A stretch of 64,000 nt of DNA from Octopus vulgaris (GCA_951406725.2 OX597827.1:62930001-62994000); one strand, 5' to 3'; positions 46,041 through 60,462 are shown, counted from the stretch's first letter. A program made the numbers and translations. The notes: generated by a model not told the origin, from the sequence alone.

Positions 46041-46500
46041 CATCCCTCTGTCTACCGTTATTGCTTTCCATTCTTCCTGCCTGTCTGTCTCTTATAAAAA
46101 ATTAAAAAACAAAAAAAAAACTTGCTCTTGCACCCACCACCCTCGCAAACCTCTTACCGTCTCTCTCATTCTCTGTCTCCTTCGTTCTGTTTTTCAACTC
46201 ACTCCACCTTGCTATCCAATACAGCTTATCACCAACTAATGTTCACTGTGACGGAAATGCTCCTGACCAAGCTGTGTTAAACGGTCTGTAGATGGCGCTG
46301 GTGATTGTCTCGTCTGGCCTGCCGTTGGAGAAGATGGCTCTTACTTGAGCTTTGTGGAAAGGTGAGGCGGTAGAACGTTAAGTCGAGCAGGCTGTGATGA
46401 TGCAGCGAAGCGCTAATGTAGCGAAATACGGAGTTGAAATTGCTTCGCTCGTAAACCGTGATGAAACTAAAGTACACAATGCATGGTTACCTCAATTAAA

Positions 46501-46558
<58 letters not shown>

Positions 46559-46639
46559 CATAGATAGATATATATATATAGATATATATATATACATATA
46601 TATAGATACACACACACACACACACACACACATATCTCT

Positions 46640-46900
46640 ACTCGTTTACTTGTTTCAGTCATTTGACTGCGGCCATGCTGGAGCACCGCCTTTAATCGAG
46701 CAACTCGACCCCGGGACTTATTCTTTGTAAGCCCAGTACTTATTCTATCGGTCTCTTTTGCCGAACTGCTAAGTTATGGGGACGTAAACATGCCAAATTC
46801 GGTTGTCAATCGATGGTGGAGGGGCAAACACAGACTCGATAACGCATACATGCATACATACATACATGCATACATACATACACACACACACACACAAATT

Positions 46901-46938
<38 letters not shown>

Positions 46939-47085
46939 CACGACAGGCTTCTTTCATTTTCCCTCTACCAAATCCACTCACAAAGCTTTGTCGTCCCGAA
47001 GCTATAATAGAAGACACTTGACCAAGGTGCCACACAGTGGGACTGAACCCGGAACCATGTGGTTAGGAAGCAAGCTTTTGAGCAT
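46640..47085 (-). mobile_element. SINE family C
   Basis: Reverse complement of 16660-17075. Confidence 0.92.
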
Positions 47086-47214
47086 ACGCTCTTCCGCAGA
47101 AAGGAACACAGAAAGAAAAAAAGAAAGAAAATAAAGAATGTGTTGTGGCTAGCGATCTATCATGGCGAATGCCAGACAGAAGAGTCACACAGCTATGGAG
47201 AAGGGGAAATATAT

Positions 47215-47423
47215 ATTTATTTCTGTATTGCCCCACAGAGGGCTAAGCATGGAGAGGACCAACAAGGACAGACAAAGAGATTAAGTCGATTACATCGAGC
47301 GCAGTGCGTAACTGCTGCATATTTTATCGACCCCGGCGGAATTTGAACTCAGAACGTAAAAGTAGACGAAATATCTCTAAGCATTTCGCCCGGCGAGCTA
47401 ACGATTCTGCCAGCGCCCCGCCC
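47215..47423 (-). mobile_element. SINE family A
   Basis: Consensus match with a small deletion. Confidence 0.88.
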
Positions 47424-47641
47424 TAAAATGTATATATATGTATGTAGTATGTATGTATGTATGTATGTGTGTATGTATGTATGTATTTATGTATGTATGT
47501 ATGTATGTGTGTGTGTATGTATTTATGTATGTATGTATGTATGTATGTATGTATGTATGTATGTATGTATGTATGTATGTATGTATGTGTGTATGTATTT
47601 ATGTATGTATGTATGTATGTATGTATTTATGTATTTATGTA

Positions 47642-47677
<36 letters not shown>

Positions 47678-48161
47678 TGTATGTATGTATGTATGTATGT
47701 ATGTATGTATGTATGTATGTATGTATGTATGTATGTGTGTGTGTGTATTTATGTACGTATGTAAGCATTCAAAAATATATAGGACGTGGATTTTCCGTCA
47801 AAAGCGTCGTAATCAGCGTCGTAATCAGCACCTGGACGAGGTGCACGAAAGATATTTCATAATGATCAAATGCATGTGTTGCGCATGAACTCTCTCCTTC
47901 CATGTGACAGACGTAGCCTGAACAGGTGCACCAATGTGTCACAGGTCAGATGTGGAAACGGTCGTAGAGCAACGTAAGATACTGTGTTTTATTGAAGAAC
48001 ACAACGCGCTGCTCAGTCCGGGAATCGAACTCACGATCTAGCCAGCACGAGTGCCGGTCTTTGACTACTAGACGTTGCACCCTCACACATACACACAACC
48101 AAATACACACTCACAAACACACACACATACGCACATATAGATTCATATATAGTAGGCATCA

Positions 48162-48208
<47 letters not shown>

Positions 48209-48746
48209 GAGTGAGAGAGCAGTTCATGCCATCAAAGTGACACTGGGGTAAAATATACGAAGCCCAATATACCCATCATGACTACCCGTCTGATAAGGGT
48301 ACACCAGGCAATGCATCACAACCATATGTGCGCGACATTGTGATCTCATATCAAGATAAACAGCACATGACCTGCAGGTGGGGCCCAGTTAGAATTTTCT
48401 TCAGGTTGAGTAGCCCATCCTGCTCAAACGGTCCCTGAATAAGGGTTGCTTTAGGATGTTGAACGAAACACCTATGTTTCCAGAGGTGAACCATTCAAAC
48501 TTCAAAGAATCCCTCACAACACATGGCCATGATGCTCCCCCACTACTTCTGCTCGTGATCAGAGATGCACATATCGTCAGCCACTAAGGGACATGCTCAA
48601 CTGGTTAAGGTCAAACAACTGACAAGCAAATCTGTGGTATTGAGCAGAATATTTGCTGTAGCCCATCTTTTATACCAAGACAAAACAATGTACATGATAA
48701 CACTTCCAATCAGTTAAGATCAGAAGCCATGAGAGCCACTGCCTGG
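48209..48746 (-). mobile_element. Element X: ~540-bp non-coding interspersed repeat embedded in (TAA)n
   Basis: Full-length similarity to 50160-50714; both copies flanked by ATT/AAT repeats. Confidence 0.88.
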
Positions 48747-48793
48747 TTATTATTATTATTTTTATTATCATTATTATTATTATTATTTTTATA

Positions 48794-48874
<81 letters not shown>

Positions 48875-48877
<3 letters not shown>

Positions 48878-49790
48878 TAGTTTTATTTTAATAGCGTGCT
48901 TTCACTTCACTACAGAGCGCAGCTCTGTGTGCCTTGGGTATGTGCTGTGATTTGTTGTGATGCTCTGATGGTTACTGTATTGAAAGTGTTCTGCGTAAGA
49001 TTGTGCCGTGCCTAGTAGTACAATTTTCTGTATGTTATATGTGTTTGTAAGTCTTGGTGTTTTTGCTATGTATTTGTCTGAATATTTTTTATCATGCCTA
49101 ATGCACGTACTATGATAGGAATTGTTTCTGTTTTTAGATTCCACATTCTATTTAGCTCTATTTCCAGGTCTTTGTATTTTGAAAGTTTCTCCATTTCTTT
49201 TAGAGACACATTGTTATCTGCTGGTATTGAAAAATCAATTAGAAAGCATGATCTCTGAGAACTATATCTGGTGTGTTGGCCTTAATTTCTCTATCTGTGT
49301 GTATTGGCATATCCCAGAGTATGGTTGCTTTCTTATTTTCTGTGACCTTTTCTGGTGTGTGCTTATACCATCTTTTTTTGTTGTTATTCCATAATGTTGG
49401 CATAGCTTCCAGTGTATGTAGGTCCCAACTTTGTCGTGTCTGTAAATATATTCCTTCTTAGCCAGGACTGGGCAGCCAGAGAAAATATGATTTATTGTTT
49501 CTTGTCCATCTCCACATATTCTGCATTTAGTTGTTATATTTCCTTTCATTAAATGGTTTTGGTATTTTCTGGTGGGGAGGCTTTGGTCTTGTGCTGCAAT
49601 TAAAAATGCCTCTGTCTCTGCTTTGAGTCCTGAGCTTCTCAACCATTGCTGGGATTTTTCTTTGTCTATTCCTTTTGCATTTATTTTAGTACAGTACTTG
49701 CCATGAAGGGGCTTTTCTTGCCATCGTTTTATCATGGTCCGTTGCTGTTCTAGTTTTAGTTTTGATTTCATTTGCGTTATAGCTTTTGTT
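48875..49790 (-). mobile_element. 5'-truncated R4/Dong-clade LINE with (TAA)n tail
   Basis: WQEKPLHGKY, GLKAETEAFLIAAQDQSLPTR, CRICGDGQETINHIFSGC, YRHDKV, NIQKIVLLGTA; frameshifted. Confidence 0.92.
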
Positions 49791-50034
49791 GTGTTTTTTT
49801 TTCTTCTTCTTCTTCTTCTTCTTCTTCTTCTTCTTCTTCTTCTTCTTCTTCTTCTTCTTCTTCTCCTTCTTCTTCTTCTTCTTCTTCTTCTTCTTCTTCT
49901 TCTTCTTCTTCTTCTTCTTCTTCTTCTTCTTCTTCTTCTTCTTCTTCTTCTCCTCCTCCTCCTCCTCCTCCTCCTCCTCCTCCTTCTTCATATTTGTTAG
50001 GTGATATGATTTCTTCTTCTTCTTCTTCTTCTTC

Positions 50035-50065
<31 letters not shown>

Positions 50066-50103
50066 TACTACTACTACTACTACTACTAATATTATCATCA
50101 TCA

Positions 50104-50156
<53 letters not shown>

Positions 50157-50159
50157 ATT

Positions 50160-50714
50160 GAGTGAGAGAACAGTGCATTCCATCAAAGTGACACTGGGGT
50201 AAAATATACGAAATCTAGTATACCCATCATGACTACCCGTCTGATAAGGGTATACCAGGCACATGCATCACAAACATATGTGCGCGACATGGTTATCTCA
50301 TATCAAGATAAACAGCGCATGACCTTGCAGGTGCGGCCCAATTAGAATTTTCTTCAGGTCGAGAAATCCATTCCACTCAAAAGATTCCTAAATAAGGGTT
50401 GTTTAAGGATGTTGAATGAAACACCCACATTCCAAAAGTGAATTATCCAAACCTCCAAAAATTCCTTTCAACACACGGTTATGATGTTCCCCCACTACTT
50501 CTCCTCATGATCAGAGATGCACATATCGTCAGCCAGTAAGGGACATGCTCAACTGGTTAAGGTCAAACAACTGACAAGCAAATCTGTGATACTGAGCAGA
50601 ATATTTGCTGTAGCCCATCTTTTATACCAAGACAAAACAATGTACATGATAACACTTCCAATTAGTTAAGATCAGACGCCACGAGAGCCATTGTCTGTTA
50701 CTGCATCAGGGCAT
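50160..50714 (-). mobile_element. Element X, second full copy
   Basis: Similar to 48209-48746. Confidence 0.88.
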
Positions 50715-50715
50715 T

Positions 50716-50880
<165 letters not shown>

Positions 50881-50911
50881 CTCATCCTCATCATCATCAT
50901 TATAATTATTA

Positions 50912-51105
50912 AGGTGGCGTACTGGTAGAATCGTTAGCTCGTTGCACGAATTGCTTAGCACTACGTTTTGAGTTCAAATTCTTCCGAGGTCGACTATGTG
51001 ATTTATCCTTTCGGGGTAGATAAATTAAGTATCAGTACTGGGGCAGATATAATAAATTTAGCCCCTCCATAAAAGTTCAGGCCTTGTGCTTATTGTAGAA
51101 AGGAT
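50912..51105 (+). mobile_element. SINE family A, degenerate
   Basis: gagttcaaattcttccgaggtcgact motif. Confidence 0.75.
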
Positions 51106-51116
51106 TATTATTATTT

Positions 51117-51427
51117 CTATATGTTTGACTTTGTATTTGTACAAGTTTGGCTCCACATCTCTCCCAGAGACCTCAACTGAACATATTAGAAGTTCATGTT
51201 GTTGCTATGCCTAGGGTGTCATACATTTTGTTTTGTGCATAATGTTTTGGAAAAAATGAAAATTATAATTTTGTTGTAAAATTTGAGATTACATAGACAG
51301 TGTTTTACGAAGGATATGGGCAGTTCCCATGCGCACTATCTTTTAAAGTTCTACCACTTTGGTGTTTCTTGGTATCTGAGCTAGGTAGGAATCAACCATT
51401 TTTGCTATCGTTCATTGGGCATTGCTA
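51117..51427 (-). mobile_element. 3' end of the Dong-like subfamily seen at 1-980, within (TAA)n
   Basis: 51361-51427 matches 1-65; minus strand KIVRMGTAHILRKTLSM*. Confidence 0.8.
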
Positions 51428-51447
51428 TTATTATTATTATCATTATG

Positions 51448-51530
<83 letters not shown>

Positions 51531-51565
51531 CATTATTATTAATTTTATTATTATTAATATTATTA

Positions 51566-51597
<32 letters not shown>

Positions 51598-51651
51598 GTT
51601 ATTATTATTATTATCATTATTATCATTATTATTATTATTATTATCATTATT

Positions 51652-51682
<31 letters not shown>

Positions 51683-51784
51683 GTATTAGTATTATTATTA
51701 TTGTTGTTGTTGTTGTTATTATTATTATTATTGTTATTATTATCATCATCATCATCATCATCATTATTTTTATTATTATTATTA

Positions 51785-51857
<73 letters not shown>

Positions 51858-52458
51858 GATATATATATATATATATATACATACATACATACATATTTAA
51901 ACGTACATATATATATATAGATATATATATATACATACTTGTATATACGTACACACACACACACACATATATATGCATATATGTGTGTGCCTTTCTGTGT
52001 GTATGTATGCATACACAATTTATACATATGTATGTATGTGTGTTCGTCTATGTAGGCGACTAAATCGATCCATATTGGCATACCTACGTGTATTCATACA
52101 TGTATAAGAACGTAGTATACATATACATACATACACACATACACACATACATACAGTCATGCATATATACATATAGACACACATTATTAAACCGTATAAT
52201 TTATGGCTTGATGACCAGCCATAAGTCAAGAAAGAAACAGAATGACAACAGGCAGGAAGTTGCAAACGTAGAAAGAGAAAGAGATGAAGTAGACGGGAGG
52301 GATAGTGTGAGGTGGTAACGAAATGGAGGTTTGAATGAGGGAGGGGCAAAAGGGCAAAGCGTGAGTTTATTATGGAATGAAATTCTGTGCAGAAGACGTG
52401 GTGATATATTCGAAGTCGTGTGAGCTGTATGGCGATGGCTGGGTACCGAAGAGAGAGA

Positions 52459-52516
<58 letters not shown>

Positions 52517-52764
52517 TGAGGGGGGAGTAAATAAGAGAGAATGAGCGGGAAAAAAAAAAAGATGTGTGATGTGGAGGAAATATCGGGTAATATTGGTAGT
52601 GACGGGGTAGAATATCGATTTGCATCGATATGTGATTATTTGAATATTGATTGTGACTGCTGTCTGAAATATGAAAGAAAAATCTAGTCGGAAAATGAAA
52701 TGCAAAAACAAAAATATTAAAATAAAAAAAAAAAAATTGGAAAATTTTGTGTGGTGTTGCCAGA

Positions 52765-53271
52765 GGGGGTGGCGGTGGTGATGGTATTTCGGATGGCGGT
52801 GGTCGTTTCGGTGGTGGTGGTGGTGGTGGTGGTGGTGGTGGTTGTAGTATGTGGTGATGATGATGATGTTATTTTTAAGCGTGTTAGTGTTGTTTTTGTT
52901 GTTGTTGTTGTTGGAGGTATGTGGTGATGGTGGTGGTGGCGGTGATGATGGTAGTCTTAGTGGTGGTGATGGTGGTGGTATCTGTAGTGATGATGATGCT
53001 GTTACTTTTAAGCGTGGTAGTGCTGTTGTTGGAGGTATGTGGTGATGGTGGTGGTGGTGGTGGCGGTGTTGATGGTAGTCTTGGTGGTAGTGGTGTTGAA
53101 GTTGGTGGTTTTGGTGGTGATTGTGCTGGTAATGGTACTGGTGATGATGATGATGATGACGGTAGCATTGGTGGTAGTGGTGAGTGTGTTGGTGGTGGTG
53201 GTTCTGTTGGTGGGGTTGGTATTGGTGGTGGTAGCTTCCGTCGTGCTGGTAGTTATGATGACGATGATGAC

Positions 53272-53310
<39 letters not shown>

Positions 53311-53342
53311 AGTGATGATGATGATGATGATGATGATGATAG

Positions 53343-53376
<34 letters not shown>

Positions 53377-53423
53377 AGTGATGATGATGATAATGATGAC
53401 GATGATGATGATGATGATGATAG

Positions 53424-53461
<38 letters not shown>

Positions 53462-54900
53462 ATGATGATAGTGATGATGATGGTAACTGTTCTGATGGTG
53501 GTGGTGGTTGTAGTGGTGATTGTGGTGGTATTGTTTGTAGTGGTGATGCTGCTGGTGTTGCTGCTGGTAATGATGGTGGTTTTGATGTAGGTATTGTTGC
53601 TATTGGTGATGGTGGTGGTGTTGGTGGTGGTGGTGGCGCTGATGACAGTTTTCATGGCGTTTACGGCGACGGCCGTGATGAGGATGATGCTGGTTTGGCT
53701 GTGTTGGTGTTGATGGTTTTGGTGGATGTAGTTATGGTGGTGGTGTTGGTGGCCGTAGCCCAGGCTTGGTCGTGTTGGTGGTTATGGAGATGTTGGTGCT
53801 GCTGCTGGTGATTTTGGTATCAGTGATGGTGGTGGTGGCGGTGGTTGTTGTTATTGTTGTTGTGGTGGTGGTTGTGGTGGTGGTGTCAGTGGTATGAGTT
53901 GTGCTGATGATGGCGTTGGTAACTTTGTTGGTGTTGATATTGGTGTTATTGTTGCTGGTGGCAGTGGTAATTATGAATTTAAAACAGTAGAAAATGTTGC
54001 TAATGGCAGTGGTGGTGGTGGTGGTGGTGGTTGTGATGTTGGTTATGGTGGCGGTGGAGCTATTGTTAGTGGTGTTGGTGGTGGTGGTTTTGGTGTTGGT
54101 TATGGTGGCGGTGGAGCTATTGGTAGTGGTGTTGGTGGCTGTGGCTGTGGTGGTGGTGGTGGTGTTGGTTATGGTGGTGGCGGTGGAGCTATTGGTAGTG
54201 GTGTTGGTGGCTGTGGCTGTGGTGGTGGTGGTTGTGGTGTTGGTGGCGGTGGATGTGGTGGTGGTGATTGTGGTGTTGGTTATGGTGGTGGTGGTGCTGT
54301 GGTTGTGGTGTTGGTGGCTGTGGCTGTGGTGGTGGTGGTTGTGGTGTTGGTGGCGGTGGATGTGGTGGTGGTGATTGTGGTGTTGGTTATGGTGGCGGTG
54401 GAGCTATTGGTAGTGGTGTTGGTGGCTGTGGCTGTGGTGGTGGTGGTTGTGGTGTTGGTGGCTGTGGATGTCGTGGTGGTGATTGTGGTGTTGGTTGTGG
54501 TAGTGGAGGAGCTATTGGTAGTGGTGGAGGTGGTTGTGGTGTTGGTTATGGTGGTGGTGGTTGTGTTTGTGCTAATGGTGGTGGTGATTGTAGTGTTGGT
54601 TATGCTGGTGGTAGTGTTGATTATGGTGATGGTTGTAGTGGCTATGGTGGTGAATGTGATGGTGGTGGTGTTGGTGGTAGTGATGATGGTGGTTGTGTTT
54701 AGTCAATAGTGCTATATGGAGGTAGTGGTAAATAGTGTTGTATGGTAGTGGTTCTTGTGCAGATGGTAGCGGTGATAGCGGCGACAGTGTTGGTAGTAAT
54801 GGTGGTGGTGGTGGTGGTGGTAGTGATGGTGGTGGCGCTGGTTGTGCCGGCAGTGTTGTCTCTTGTTACAGTGGTTTCGCTTGTAGTGATGGTAGTGAGA
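52765..54900. repeat. Degenerate (GGT)n/(GAT)n low-complexity tract with higher-order repeats at ~54010-54560
   Basis: ggttatggtggcggtggagctattggtagtggtgttggtggctgtgg recurs. Confidence 0.9.
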
Positions 54901-55042
54901 AAATTGGAAGGGTATGGTTCTTCAACATATAATGCTTGTAATGGTTTCGGCAGTGGTGCTCGTGGTAGTAGAAAAATACTGTTGTATATTAAGTAACTAA
55001 TAAAATGCGAAGGAGCGTGGCCTAGTATCGTGGCGGTTACAG

Positions 55043-55290
55043 AAGGCGGTGAGCTGGCAGAAATGTTAGCGCGCCGGGCGAAATGCGTAGCCGTATTTCG
55101 TCTGCCGTTACGTTCTGAGTTCAAATTCCGCCGAGGTCAACTTTGCCTTTCATCCTTTCAGGGTCGATAAATTAAGTACCATTTACGCACTGGAGTCGAT
55201 CTAATCGACTTAATCTGTTTGTCTGTCCTTGTTTGTCCCCTCTGCGTTTAGCTCCTTGTGGGTAGTAGTGAAATAGGTATTTCGTCTGGT
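55043..55290 (+). mobile_element. SINE family A
   Basis: Near-consensus copy. Confidence 0.92.
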
Positions 55291-55789
55291 GTCAATCTGA
55301 TCTACTGGACCTTTCCCCAAAAATGTCAGTCCTTGTGCCTATCTTTTACCAATTCTTCTGTTTCTTCCCTCTGATTTACACCTTCAAGTTCATATCTTCA
55401 GATTAGGTGGCTTGACTAACAGTCAAGTTAGTGCATTACTTCAGTACAGAAACCATCGTTACTGACGGTCTATCATTTGACTTCCAAAACAAGAAAATCA
55501 GCGCAATGTACGTCTAGATATATACGCATTATAATAAGGAGGACAGTAGCAGAGTCGGTAGGTTGCTTGAACTAAAAACGCATTTTTAGTTACATTATCA
55601 CCATGATAAATTTTCCCTTTCAGCATAAAGTAAAAATACAATACTACATCTTGTCTCCTAAACTAAAATCATACAATATCATTCATTATTGTATTAAAGC
55701 TGAAGCTAGCATAGTTTAATTGATGGACCGATACTTATAATTAAGTAATTTAAATTACTGCATTACTGCTGAGAATAATCACAATATTA

Positions 55790-56285
55790 ATGATATTTTT
55801 CATTCATGCATAAGTATTATGTATGGTTGTACATACGTACATGGTCTCAGAAAGGCTTGAAGAAGAAATCGAAGCTGTCTAAAATGTATGTTTTCATACA
55901 AGCCACCATCATCTTGCGGGGACGTGGATGGTTCATGGTAAACATTAAAACCTACTGAAGCGTTTCCAACTGCAATGCCTGAGATCGACCTTGGGTATTC
56001 ACTGGATCACACATTTTCCAGAAACAGGGGTACAGGAACGAACTGGTTCACTCAGTATAGAAATTCATATATACAAGCATTACGTTCACTGGGCATGATA
56101 TCGGATACGGTTGGACTACAGTTGTATTCTTAAACAGACGCTTTACGGAGAGCTGGCTGAAGGAAAAAGGCCCCGACAAAAACCTGGGAAGCATTTGGAG
56201 GACTGAATCAAGGACTCACTGTCGCAATTCCGTCTCGATCTTCGTAACTGGGAAGACAAATCTGACGACAGACACAGGTGCCTAA
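55790..56285 (+). mobile_element. Decayed RTE-clade LINE ORF C-terminus
   Basis: EAFP/LQCLRSTLGIHW and CILKQTLYGELAEGKRPRQKPGKHLED*IKDSL (cf. RTE PKQLLYGELxxGKRxxGxPxxRYKD). Confidence 0.78.
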
Positions 56286-57532
56286 AAACAAAAATAAAGA
56301 AAGGATGTTGCTCATTCCATACGAAGTGTCTGTGGAATGCTCAGCCATTTGCACGTTAATTTCACGAGCAGGCTGTTCCATTGATCGTATCAGCTGGGAC
56401 TCTCGTCGTCGTAACCGACGGAGTGCTCCTTTAACGACATCAGAAGATCTGCTTGCTAGGTTGGATTTTACCTGCTACACTCCTTCAATTTAGACTTTTA
56501 TTCGCATTCATAGCAACTCAAGTTGCTAGCCGTGGGCTATAAAAACTTCCTTCAGCTTATCGAACTTCGATATGGGAAAAGCCTACAAACTTCGAAGCCA
56601 ATAAATTATCATTGTTCCTGAACCTTTATTTTTATGCCCACCACGGACTTGTCGAAGCTTACACACTTCCTACATTTAGGTCCTTAGATCTTATAATTAC
56701 GTACACATGTATATATCGAAGCTGAATCTGAGAATTTGTTCCGCGAATCGAGTTTCACGCCATTGCGATCTTGAAGCAAAACAATTTTCTCCACGGTAAC
56801 TGCGGTGAATTTGTAGTTGAAATATGTCACAAACATATTTTAAGTAACCTAAGTTTTGCATACGCCTAAACACTGTTTGGCGCTAACATTTCGTTATTTT
56901 CTTCGATCGGGCGATCTGCCAGCGCAAATCAGCAACAACGTCGACTGAATTTTACATAAAGCTATCGCTTTATAATTTTGTACAGAGTTGTATATCTTAG
57001 GTGCATCCCATTGACAAAAGTAAAAAAAACTCGAACCATCGATGTCTGGGATTCCTGATAGATGGCGACACCGAGCAAACCGGCTATTTCACACGTTTTT
57101 ACCATATGAGAGATATTTTCTCCAGAGTAACTGCAGTGAAATTGCCTTTTAGCAGTTGAAATGTCACAGATATATTTTAACTAACCTAAATTTTGCTAGT
57201 AATATATATTTTATTACGATAACCAGATGGCGGAAGAGCTACCATGGTTTAAACTAATAGTAACAAGGAACAGCCACTTTGATGTGACAACTGACTTTAG
57301 TTTTTAGTATAGTTACTACTCTGATCTGTTCTTGAGATTTTACAACTAGCTATGTTGCATACTTATATACAGTTGGTACTACACTTGGGAATTCTGAACA
57401 GATAAGGCAGAAGAAATAACCCTGAAATTTTAATTAAATAGTTTTCTATATATATATATATATATATACGGCTAAAGATAAGTCAGGCACGCCCAACAAC
57501 ATTTCCTATATATATATATATCTGTAAATGTA

Positions 57533-57705
57533 ATATACGACAATTATTCGGTAGCCATGATAAAGCCCCGATTTTCGGATGCCGGGGTGGAGATCCACGC
57601 TGCAATCTCTTCAGTTATCCGGCCATCGGAAAAAATGGTTTGAATATGACCCTGGCATCTGAAACTCGGAGTTTTATCATGGCTACCGAATAATTGTCAC
57701 ATATT
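57533..57705. mobile_element. Fold-back element with decayed HHR (57559-57619, minus strand) between (TA)n
   Basis: Arms gacaattattcggtagccatgataaa / tttatcatggctaccgaataattgtc; gataa-CTGAAGA-...-GAAA; the right arm keeps GAAACTCGGAGTT-ttatc. Confidence 0.7.
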
Positions 57706-57780
57706 ATATTTACAGATAAATTCCTCTATTTACATAATATCGAGGTCTCTTTCGTTCTTTTGTTAACTTACCATTTTTAT

Positions 57781-57831
<51 letters not shown>

Positions 57832-58386
57832 GTAGTTGGGCGGGCCTGTCTTATCTTTAGCCGTAGGGCAACGATTCAGGGAATGTTTCTACCTTATTAC
57901 ATCTCTTCAGAAATACTAAAGTAGAATTGATAATTCTATTGCATGTTATATTTAATGTTGTAATGAATTGCCTTCGGATATGTATTAAGTGATGTTATAA
58001 CAGTTATTGAATATTTTATAAATTCATTTATATATTAAATATATATATATATATATATATATTCTCTTCTCTCCTAAACTTGGGTAGCAATCAATTTTAG
58101 CTGTCTTTGTGCATACTCACATTATGTGGAATTCATTTGGCAGATTGTGTGTATGCTTTTCAAGCATATGTGCAAGGGTATGCGCATGTGTGTGTTAGTA
58201 TGTGATCACGTGATTGTGACTACCTCGTAAATATGGTATTACGTTATTGTATATTATACAATTGTTACATAAACTCCCGCACATATACACTCACAGATGT
58301 GTATGCATATTGCAATATATATTGAATTATATTTTTATTACACTACAATCACATTATGGTATATCAAAATAGGACATATTAATACG

Positions 58387-58417
<31 letters not shown>

Positions 58418-58839
58418 GTGTATGCTTATATACAAATACGCATGTATATTTACATCTATACACATATAGAAATGTATATATATTTATATATATATATGTG
58501 TGTGAGTGTGTATACATATATGGATACATTCATCAACATGTACGTGTATGGCCACACACACACACACACACACATATATATGTATATATACGCGCACGCG
58601 CACGTGCACACACACACGAACACATACACATGTATATGTATGTACGAATGTATATATGTGCACATATATGTACATAGATAGGTATAATTCTATTCATGTA
58701 TTTCCTTCTCTTACTCTCTATCTCGCTCTCTCTCTCTCTCTCTCACTCTCACTCTCTTTCTTTCTCTTCACACACACACACACACACACACACACATAAA
58801 TTATACATATTTGATATATACGTGTATGTATGTTTATTG

Positions 58840-58953
<114 letters not shown>

Positions 58954-59541
58954 CTGAATTGTGGAATTCAGTGTTCCACAATGAATAGTTAAGAACTATA
59001 TACACTCGAGGCATGAGATATTCATAAACTCATGAAAAGTGAAAGATCTGATATGAACGTTATTCACTGAAGTGAATTTCTTGCAGTCGTGACGTCATAT
59101 CTAGTCTTCTTCTTATCGATATTCATGCAAGATACGATGTGATCTTATAAGAGTAGTCTAGCGAATAATATTTTCTGAAATGCCAATGTAGCCGAAGTTG
59201 ATGCCAGGTAATACTAGGCTAATTAATAAATTATTTAATTAATTCTATCAATTAATTTTAATTAATTTTATCAATCAACGAAGGACACATAGTTAAATTA
59301 GACATAATCCTTCTGTGATGTATGTCGTGCTAACAAATAGAACGACATTCTGCTTGCAGAATCTTAAGAGTATCGGAACGATCACCGTGTGGTATTTTTT
59401 TTCCGGACTTTTAGATTCTGAGTTCAAATCTCGCTAGGGTTGCCATTTTAATTTCTGTTTCGATTGAGTAATATACCAGTCGAGTGCTTGTGTCAATGGT
59501 ATCGAATAACTTGCACTCCATTAAAACTGATCGCCTTGTGC

Positions 59542-59670
59542 TTACGAACCACATGGTTCGGGGTCCAGTCCCACTGTGTGGTACCTTGGGCAAGTATCTT
59601 CTACTATAGCCTCGGGCCGACCAAAGCCTTGTGAGTGGATTTGGTAGACGGAAACTGAAAGAAGCCCGTC

Positions 59671-59716
<46 letters not shown>

Positions 59717-60462
59717 GTGTGTGTGTGTGTGTGTAAGCGCGCGCGTGTGTGGTGAAGGCGCGTGGCTTGGTGGTTAGGGGCATTCGGCTCATGATCGTAA
59801 GTTCGTGAGTTCAATTCCCGGCGGCACGTTGTATCCTTGAGCAAAACATTTTATTTCACGTTGCTCCAGTCCACTCAGCTGGCAAAAATGAGTTGTATCT
59901 GTATTTCAAGGGGCCAGCCTTGTCACACTCTGTGTCGCTCAGAATCTCCCTGAGAACTAAGTTAAGGGTACACGTGTTTGTGGATTGCTCAGCCACTTGC
60001 ACGTTAATTTCATGAGCAATCTGTTCCGTTGATCGTATCAGCTGGGACCCTCGTCGTCGCAACCCAGGGAGTGCTCTGTCTCATATATGTGTGTGTGTGT
60101 GTGTGTGTGTATGTGTGTGTGTGTATGTTTGCGTTTGTCTTCTACTATAGCCTCGGGCCGACCAAAGCCTTGTGACTGGAATTGGTAGACGGAAACTGAA
60201 AGAAGCCCGTCGTATATATGCATATATATATATTTGTGTGTGTGTGTGTTTGTGCATATGTTCGTGTGTCTGTGTTTGTACCCCCAACATCGCTTGAAAC
60301 CGATGCTGGTGTGTTTACGTCCCCGTAACTTAGTGGTTCGGCAAAAGAGACCGATAGAATAAGTACTAGGCTTACAAAGAATAAGTCCTGGGGGGCGATT
60401 TGCTCGTCTAAAGTCGGTGCTCCAGCATGATGGCCGCTGTCAAATGACTGAAACAAGTAAAA
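59542..60462 (+). mobile_element. SINE cluster: partial C (59542-59730), full B/CORE type (59752-60077), C 3' part (60135-60462)
   Basis: Consensus matches. Confidence 0.9.
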
